From NCBI RefSeq assembly GCF_000142905.1, contig NW_013657638.1, positions 263,096-326,896 on the forward strand: 63,801 bases of DNA, written 5' to 3'. The position numbers and the translations under genes were made by a program. Below, piece by piece: positions 54,466 to 63,801 of the stretch. The DNA is from Thecamonas trahens ATCC 50062. Its lineage: Eukaryota; Protista; Apusomonadida. The notes beneath the pieces are model-generated. The model was not told the DNA's origin. It saw only the letters and a list, made by a program, of their open reading frames with translations, and made no database searches. Positions within the stretch are counted from its first letter, which is position 1. The number at the start of each line of letters is the position of its first letter.

Positions 54466-56133
54466 ATGTCCAACCAAGGGAGCAAGGCTGTTCTTGGGAC
54501 TGTCCTCGTGGGAGCTGGTGTGGCTGGTGTAGCCGCTGTTGGTTACATGCTGTGGAAGGAGAGCAGGAGCCGGCAGGCGAACGCTGCCGCCGCGACCTCA
54601 ATCTCTGCCACAACATCGCCGTCTGCCACACCATCGATCTCAGCTTCATCTGCTGCTGACGACTGTGGAGAGATGCAGACGACAACATCAGCCTCGACAG
54701 GGGCTGGCGCTGGCGCTGGAGATGGAGGTGCTGGCGATGCGGTGGCCGAGTCGGACGTGGGAAGCACCCAGAGCGGGGCCGGTGCTGATGTTGAAGCTGC
54801 TGCTGGGGAGAGTGGTGGACCGTCACCGGATGAGACCCTGCTCAACTTTCTGGCCATTGTGGGCGAGGATGTGGAGATCGAGTTTGCGCGGTCGTTCCTC
54901 GAATCGTGCGGCAACTCGCTCGAGATTGCTGTCCCGTCGTTCCTGGAGAACTTTGGCAGGCGGAGCGCGCCGTCGTCGTCGGCAGCGACGTCGGGCGGAG
55001 GAGCGATGGGCGGAGGTGGGTCTGCGGCGGCCAATGCTTCGCGCCCGCTGGGCTCGATCCCAGGCATGTCGTCGAGCCGCGGAGGACGGAGCTCGTTTGG
55101 CGGCCGCGGCGGGCTCGGCTCGGGCCTCTCCGAGTTTGATTATGTCATGGACGACCGCGCAGAGATCTCACACCCTGCGGCGAATAGGTCCAACTCGCCG
55201 CCGCTCGGCTCCATGCCGTACGATGCCGGCACAGCCTCGGAGCTGTGGTCGAACACATGCACACGGGTCCTGTTCGGCGACGCGCCTGTGGAGCAGCCGG
55301 CGTTCTTCATCGGCATCGGTGGGCCGACCAGCGACGGCGCAGCTGGCAGGAGCGGCGACGGTGTGCCACGTGTCTGCACCGCGTGCGCCCAGACATGCCA
55401 GTCGCGCAACCGCAATCTGCGTGTCGACACCAACGCGTATGAGCCGATGGTCTGCGCTTGCCAGCACTGGCCGGCCGAGTCTGAAGAGGGCACCGCGTTC
55501 TGCCTCTACCGCGAGCGGCCTGTCATGGTGCTCGGCGACAGCGAGCGGAGCGAGGTGCTGGCTGACATGCGCGCGGCTATGCCGGCGGCCATGGCGGTGG
55601 TGGAGGAGTTTATGGCGGCGGCGGCCAACGACGCGCTCGAGGATCTGTTCACCTTTGAAGAGGCCGATGTGCTCGAGGGCGACTTTCTCCGCTCGCTTCG
55701 CCTCTATCTCAAGATGGAGTTTGCACAGGGCGCAACGGCCGAGCTCGGGAAGAACCTGGCGGCCTTTGCCGAGCTGGCGCTCGCCCGCCCGGTCGGCGAC
55801 CAGGATGCCAACGCCCGTGCCGCCCAAGTCGCCGCCAACGCCGCCCTCACCATCCTTACCCCGTCTTCGGATCGCGCGCCAGCCCGCTGGGCCGCCGCCG
55901 CCGCTGCCGCTGCCCAGGCCCACGAGCGCGTCGGCTCGGCTCTTCGTGCCCGCGAGCTCTACGAGCAGGCCCTTGCCGCGTATTCTGCTCAGGCCTCGCC
56001 CGACGTCGACCGCGTGGCAGCCCTCACAGCCGGCATCGACCGCCTCTCTGACTCGACCGCCACAGTGAGCAGTGGCGATGGTAGCGAGAGCGTGACCGAG
56101 GACGGCAACGACGTCAGCGCCATTGATCCGTAA
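54466..56133 (+). CDS. Signal-anchored protein with UBA-like domain, degenerate UBR-box-like Zn finger and TPR-like C-terminus
   Basis: N-terminal TM then WKESR; FLAIVG...ARSFLESCGNSLEIAVPSFLE; CTR..G...Q...VCTACAQTC...MVCAC; ARELYEQALA. Confidence 0.6.
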   Translation: MSNQGSKAVLGTVLVGAGVAGVAAVGYMLWKESRSRQANAAAATSISATTSPSATPSISASSAADDCGEMQTTTSASTGAGAGAGDGGAGDAVAESDVGSTQSGAGADVEAAAGESGGPSPDETLLNFLAIVGEDVEIEFARSFLESCGNSLEIAVPSFLENFGRRSAPSSSAATSGGGAMGGGGSAAANASRPLGSIPGMSSSRGGRSSFGGRGGLGSGLSEFDYVMDDRAEISHPAANRSNSPPLGSMPYDAGTASELWSNTCTRVLFGDAPVEQPAFFIGIGGPTSDGAAGRSGDGVPRVCTACAQTCQSRNRNLRVDTNAYEPMVCACQHWPAESEEGTAFCLYRERPVMVLGDSERSEVLADMRAAMPAAMAVVEEFMAAAANDALEDLFTFEEADVLEGDFLRSLRLYLKMEFAQGATAELGKNLAAFAELALARPVGDQDANARAAQVAANAALTILTPSSDRAPARWAAAAAAAAQAHERVGSALRARELYEQALAAYSAQASPDVDRVAALTAGIDRLSDSTATVSSGDGSESVTEDGNDVSAIDP

Positions 56134-56224
56134 CATCACCCGCGTCAGTCAGCCGTGGCATTGATCCCGAGCGCCGCGTGCAGAACTTGTCGCCGTTCAA
56201 CCACCCAACTCAAACGGAGACATC

Positions 56225-59200
56225 ATGAACTTCCCCTTTGATGTGGATGAGGTGTGCCAGCTGCTGCCGGAAACAATCTCCAATGATCGTCAAGTGGGCC
56301 AGCGTGCCGAGGAGCGACTTGTGAGCCATGTACGTCCACATGCCGACTTTCCAATGCCAACAGAGCAAGCCAAAGTGGCCGACCATCCACGGAGGCATCC
56401 CCCCCCGTCCCCCTCCTCCCCACCTACCGTCCATGACCACCCCTGCCCCACCACCACCGACTCTGCACACCGCCTACCGACTCACTCGCGGCTATGTTGT
56501 ATGCCATATGGATCCCCTCTACTGGCACGCATGGAAGTAGTTTGCGGCACAAGGTGGCTTTGTGGCGTGCCTCTTTGAACTCTCGGCGTCAAACGAACTC
56601 GGTCTCGAAGTCCGCCAGCCGGCTGTCATCATGCTTAAGAACATTGCGCGGTCGTATTGGGACGCGCCAGAGGCACGCGATGAGAAGATGGCCATCGATG
56701 AAGAGTCGCGGGCGTACCTTCGCCAGTCGATTCTCAAGGCTCTTGTTCACACGCCCGAGCTCATCCGGTCGCACCTCGAGATTGTGTTCCATGAGGTTGT
56801 CAAGGTTGACTTTCCAACAACATGCCCGGAATCATGGACGAGATTGAGGGCTTCCTGCAGTCAAACGAGTCGGACGGGATCCTTGGAGCGACGCTTGCGA
56901 TCTTCCAGATTGCGCGGTCGTTTGAGTACCGGCGCAGCAACGTGCGCAAGCCGTTTGACCTCCTCGCGGCGCGGTTCTTCCCGCAGCTTGCGGCCATGTA
57001 CGCTGCGCTCTCCGAGATGGATTCGCCGACGGAGGAGACGCTCCGGCTGCAGAAGCTTGTGCTCCAGACGTACTGGTGCACGTTCCAGCTGCGGCAGCCC
57101 GAGTGCCTCATCGATCCGGAGGTGCTCACGACGTGGACGGGCCTGTTTGCCAACACGGTGCAGACCAAGGTGATGCCCGGCGAGGCCGAGGCGACCGAGA
57201 CGGACATCAACGAGTATGCCCAGTTTGACATTGCGCGTGAGGCGCTGCAGATCGTCAACCGGCTCTTCCAGCGGTACGGGCAGCCTGCGTTTGTGGCAAA
57301 CGAGGACGACAAGCCGTTTGCCGAGTTCTTCCTCCACCAGCTCGCGCCGCAGCTGGCGGGCCTCTTCCAGCAGATTCTCTTCGAGTACGCCAATGGTGAG
57401 CGGCAGCTCTCGTCGCTGGTCATCCGCGAGCTCCTCGAGTACCTCAACTCGTGCATCCGCTACGCGGTGACCTTCCAGCCGATGAAGGACTCGATCCAGG
57501 ACTTGTACACCTCTGTTCTCTTCCCGCTCCTGATCATCTCGGATGAGGATCTGGCCGAGTGGAGCGATGACCCCAAGTACTTTGTCATGCGCTCGCGCAA
57601 CGTTTTCGAGGACTATATCTCGCCAGTCACAGCCTCGGTCAACTTTATCGTCGAGCTGGCCAAGGTCCGGCCGCAGTGGGGCCTCCCGCTTGTGACGCAG
57701 TACGCCGCGCACATCTTTGAGGCGTATGCTGCAAACCCCGGGGATGAGTCTGTGGCGCGGGCCAAGAGTGGCGCGCTGCTCTCGCTTCAGGCGGTGGCGC
57801 CCAAGCTCATGGCGGGCTCCGAGTACGCCAAGGGCCTGGAGGAGCTGCTCAACACGCACGTGGTGTCGGACCTTACCTCGCCGTACCTGTTCCTGCGGCT
57901 GCGCGGCGCCGAGTGCCTCGGCGCGTTCTGGCGCATGGATACCTCGGCCGAGTTCCACCAGCACCTGCTCGAGCAGGTCTTTGTGGCGGCGCGTGACAAT
58001 GACCTTGCTGTCCGGATCTCGGCCGGGCTCACTCTGCAGAAGCTCATCAAGCGTCCGGGGTGCGACGAGTATGTGGTCCCGATTCTGGGCGACGTCCTCG
58101 AGCTCCTTCTCTCGCTCATGGGCGAGATCGAGTCAGACTCGCTGGTCAACGCGCTCGAGAGCATCATTGTTCGGTTCGGCGCGTCGGTGGCCTCGCTGGC
58201 GACGGAGATTGCCCAGTCGCTGTGCAACCTGCTCGAGCGCTCGCTGGAGGAGGAGAAGAACGCACAGGACATGGACGACGAGGACGTGTTTGGCGGCAAC
58301 GCCATTGGCCTCGCGTCGATGAACTGCGCGCGGACGCTCAACGCGCTGCTTGTCACGCTCAAGTACTACGACGAGCTCTACCCGCAGCTCGAGGCCGTGA
58401 TGTACCCAATGATGGTGCGGCTGACAACGCCTGTCGGCCTCGATCTGCTCGAGGAGGTGCTTGCCATGTCGACGACACTGACGACGTACACCGAGTCGCC
58501 GTCGGAGATCATGTGGGAAATGCTCGGGCGGTTCTTCACTGCGCACCAGGAGTGGGCGTTTGACTACTCTCGCGAGCTGCTGCCGGTGGTGTGCAACTTT
58601 GCTGCCAAGGCGCCGCAGGAGTTTGTGACGCGGGCCGAGGGCCAGTACCTGGAGGCCACACTGGACGTGATCAACCGGCTGCTCAACGATGACAACGTGG
58701 CCGAGTACGACGCGCAGTACGGGTGCCTCTTTGCACACGTCGTCCTTCAGTGTCTGCCTGACGGAATCGACGATTACGTCGAGCCGCTCATCGGCATGGC
58801 GCTCGCGCGTCTGACAAAGAGCCAGAAGGTGGCACTCAGGGTCCAGTGCGTCGAGGTTGTGGCCATGGCGTTCTGGTACAACCCGGTCCTTACGGCTCGC
58901 ATCCTGGTCGACAACCAGTTCCTGGACGAGTTCCTCCAGGTGTGGAACGCGCTCTGGGACTCGTTCTCGCGGTTCGACGACAAGAAGATTGTGCTTCTCA
59001 GCATCACCAAACTTCTCTCGGCACCGATCGGCGAGTACCCAGAGGCCTTCCAGGCTATTCTTCCGTCGCTGCTCGACGGCATGTTCCAGATGTGCGTCTC
59101 GCTTGTGGAGCAGATCGACAAGCTGGAGGCCCGGCGCGAGGAGCTCGGGATGGACGGCGACGACTTTGTGTTCGACGAGGACATCGACTGGGCACAGGAG

Positions 59201-59614
59201 GCCGGCGTCGAGGATGATGACGATGCGCCTGACCTGCAGCAGATCCGCTACCTTGAGCATCTCCGCGAAGAGTACAAGGGCTACGAAGACATGATCCACG
59301 GCGGTGACGACGCGCCCGAGTTTGTAGAGGACAATGGCGCCAACTTTCCCATCAACGGGATCCATGACTTTGAATTTGTGGTCCACGGCATGGCTGCGTT
59401 CTTTGAGAACCAGCCCGAGGCAGCCACTCACCTCGTCCGTGCGCTGCAGAACAATCCGACCGAGCTGCTTGACGAGCTTGCCCGCCGCGCCGAGGCCGAG
59501 AAGGCCAAGGATGCCGAGGAGACCATGCGGACCATGGAGCGCCAGAAGAACCTGATGACACCCGAGGCTCGCGCCGAGTTTGAGGCAGCCCAGGCCTACA
59601 ACGCAGCGCAGTGA
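56225..59614 (+). CDS. IPO7: Importin-7/8 (NMD5/SXM1-like) karyopherin; intron 56330-56540, frameshift near 56825
   Basis: AEERL, VRQPAVIMLKN, DFP..(W)P, RLFQRYGQP, D...W.DDP..F, FLRLR.A and an acidic C-terminus. Confidence 0.88.
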
Positions 59615-59660
59615 ATGAACGAAGCGTATGTCGAGCGCATGCATGCACATGGACTCTCCA

Positions 59661-60569
59661 TCAGCCTATCCGGACACGCAGCGCGTTGGGTGCTGGCGAA
59701 GACCGAGTGCCAAGCTGGACCATGTACACAGGCCTCTCGCAACTCGAGTAATTGGGAGTCGAGCAGTGGATGATGTCTGGGGAGAGGACGACCGCGTCAC
59801 CGGCGTCGCCGACAAACGTCCGCACACCCAGCGACTCGTCCTCATACTCGGGGGTCGATCCGAGGAGCGTCGGCGGCGGCAGAGTGTCTGCAGCCAGCGG
59901 CGAGGCAAGGACAAGGCTGCCGTTCTCCTCGCTCACTTCGACGAGAGCGATCCAGAGTGAGACAAAGGCGCCCGAAGCCGCGAGCCGCGGGCATGACGTG
60001 TCGCGACAGGCATCAGCATCGTCATCGTCGTCGGTGACGCTCTCGGCGTACTGCCCGTCGGCATGCCAGCCAAAGGTGCAAGCTTCGCCTCGTCCGCCAA
60101 GCGCATCCACAGGTGGCTTGACCACAAACTGCTCGTTGATGAGGAGGATGCGGGCGCAAGCGCCGCAACTCGGACAGTGCGGCAGCTCGGACGCGCCGTA
60201 GAGCAAGGTCCGAACACGGGCCAAAGTCTCGGGATGGACAAGCCATTGTCCAAGAGCATCGGCTGCTGCGCCGGCGACACCGACAACACTCGCACGCTTT
60301 GCGGCATACGCCGCCCAGTCGATGCTGCTGTCATCGGCTGCGCCGTCGGTCGAATCGGTGGAGAGTCGATCCATCAGCGGAGGAATCTCAAAGACACAAC
60401 CGAGTGTATCAGCAGCAGCGGCCCTCTCTGCAGCGTCGCTCGCTCCAAAGGCCGCTCTTGCGTAGCGATCGACAACCACTCGCCCTTGTCGCCTTGCAGC
60501 AGCAACCACATCGGGCGCGAGCAGGTTGCGGATGAGAGCGTAGCCTGTCGGCCAGAGCGAGTCGGTCAT
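59661..60569 (-). CDS. Phytanoyl-CoA dioxygenase (PhyH) family protein
   Basis: GYALIRN, NEQFVVKPP, FGWHAD, SLWIAL..VSEENGSL, GDAVV....IHCSTPN...ER. Start uncertain. Confidence 0.88.
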   Translation of the reverse strand: MTDSLWPTGYALIRNLLAPDVVAAARRQGRVVVDRYARAAFGASDAAERAAAADTLGCVFEIPPLMDRLSTDSTDGAADDSSIDWAAYAAKRASVVGVAGAAADALGQWLVHPETLARVRTLLYGASELPHCPSCGACARILLINEQFVVKPPVDALGGRGEACTFGWHADGQYAESVTDDDDDADACRDTSCPRLAASGAFVSLWIALVEVSEENGSLVLASPLAADTLPPPTLLGSTPEYEDESLGVRTFVGDAGDAVVLSPDIIHCSTPNYSSCERPVYMVQLGTRSSPAPNALRVRIG

Positions 60570-61311
60570 ATGCAGCGACAGAAGCACTCTAGAGGAATGA
60601 GAGGGATAGGGCGGGTAAGGGCGTGGGGTTGCTGAGGTGAGGCGGTAGAGATCGGCGGCGTGCGGTGAGTGAGTCGGGCCGTGGCAGTCCAATTGGCGAA
60701 GAAGAGAGAGGAGGGGGGGGTAGGGGGAGAGACCACGATACGTGAGTGTGGCCTGGATGTGATTATCGTGTGCTGCGCGGGTGTTGGTATGGAGTGATGG
60801 TAGTTCTGCGTCACGTCAAGTGTTGAACAGTTGCCGCTGGCTGGGCACCCGGCTTAGGCTTCGAGCTCCGGTTTCGTCGACACAGACAGCTCCAGAGGAG
60901 CGGGAAGCCACCCCCATCCACCCTTTGATAACGACGATCTACGACGATCTGCAACGATGACGACAGCGGGCGTCCTCTGGGTGTCCAGCTACTCCCTTGA
61001 TCCCACGAGAACGCGGTGATTGCTCGTGTGTACAAGATCACGTTGCCGATTGGCATGATGTGCGGGCACCGAAGGCCAGCGCAGTAAATGCAAGGAGCGT
61101 TTAAGCTATCGAACCAGCGGAGCGACTGCTCGGCCGGGTAACCGAAAGTGTGTTGGCGTGGCCAAGATCATGCGTGACCTTGCTCTCTCTCTCTTGTCCC
61201 GCCAACTCGGCAGCCACCTTCGCACGTCACCGCAGAGAGGCAGAGCCACGGCCACGACCACGACCTGCAGCACTTGTCCCCTGTTTTCAGACCCGAGGGG
61301 AGAAGGAAGGT

Positions 61312-62959
<1,648 letters not shown>

Positions 62960-63801
62960 AGAGCACCAAAGAGTAGACACGACGTCCTTGTGGGGAATCG
63001 CGGGGCGAGAGGGAGGAGGGTAGAAGGGAGGGTGAGTAAGATCAGGCTAGTAAGTGGTCATGGGTGCGCCATCGTCAGTTGGTGTCGATGTCGGTGAAGA
63101 AGAGTGGGTGGGGTGGGCTGGCGACTGGCTGTGGAGGTGATGGTGATGGCGATGACGACGACGATGACATTCATGTGCATCAGACCAACAGTGTCTGCGT
63201 CATTGTACTCGCTAGTCCGCTTCTGCTCGTCCTTCTGATCTCGATCTTGCGCTCTCATCCTCGACCTCGGCCTCGAACTTGGGTTGTGTGCTCGCTCGTT
63301 TGGGCTGTCGCCCACTGGGCCCCGCCCGGCAGCGATCCGGCGCCGATGGTGATACGCAGCAGCTGGCTTGCTCGCTATGCATGGATCATTTATCCGTCTC
63401 CCTCGTCACATCCCTCTCATCCTCCCTCTCTCTCCCCAGCAGTCGCAGCGTTTGTGGTGACGGGTGGTAATGAGTATGGTAGGGGGGATGAGGGGGGTCG
63501 TGACGTGGGTGACGGGACGGGCGAAATGGCAGTAGGTATGGCGATTGGGCTTTGGCATTGATGTGGGTGGGTAAGGTGAGGGTGATGGGTGTGTGTGGGG
63601 GTGTGGGTGATGAGGGTGAAGGGGCTTGGGCGGCAGAGAGAAGGCGGCGGACGTTAATTGAGTTGAACGTTGAATTAATTGAAGAAAAGCCGGAACCAGC
63701 ATCAAACGAGGCAATGACGTCCACAACAACAACCAAAGATCATACATGGCTTGCACAGCACACGTATGAGTAAGCCAAACGAGGGACTGGACAAAGCTAG
63801 C

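Noticed and set aside
63058-63801. Short ORFs at the right edge
   Set aside because: Low-complexity sequence with no recognisable product; probably intergenic, UTR or intron.

Overview
A gene-dense, GC-rich, intron-poor eukaryotic window with about 33 protein-coding genes and two assembly gaps. The flagellar genes (DNAJB13, TMEM231, CFAP157, Tubby), the rare single 5'-proximal GTAYGY introns and the codon style suggest a flagellated protist; an apusomonad such as Thecamonas is my inference, not proven. Recognisable housekeeping genes are SDA1, LYRM7, COG5, HIG1, MRPL17, RAV1/DMXL, MCM8, SLX1, SYS1, TFIIF-beta, LSM11, importin-7/8 and an SLC38-type transporter. I found no tRNA, rRNA, CRISPR array or intact mobile element. 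The most notable observations are: (1) a CDK-cyclin single-polypeptide fusion; (2) a tandem pair of MGCGSS dual-acylated proteins carrying a transcobalamin-C/DUF4430-like domain; (3) an FKBP25 BTHB-TMA7 fusion beside an AlkB-KH fusion; (4) introns with distant branch points and microsatellite-filled AG-free zones, one of which splits the start codon A|TG; (5) a MAP2K with an array of docking-motif-like repeats and an alanine-substituted activation loop; (6) six same-direction single-base frameshifts at short homopolymers, most likely sequencing under-calls. All family assignments come from motif recognition by eye; no searches were run.
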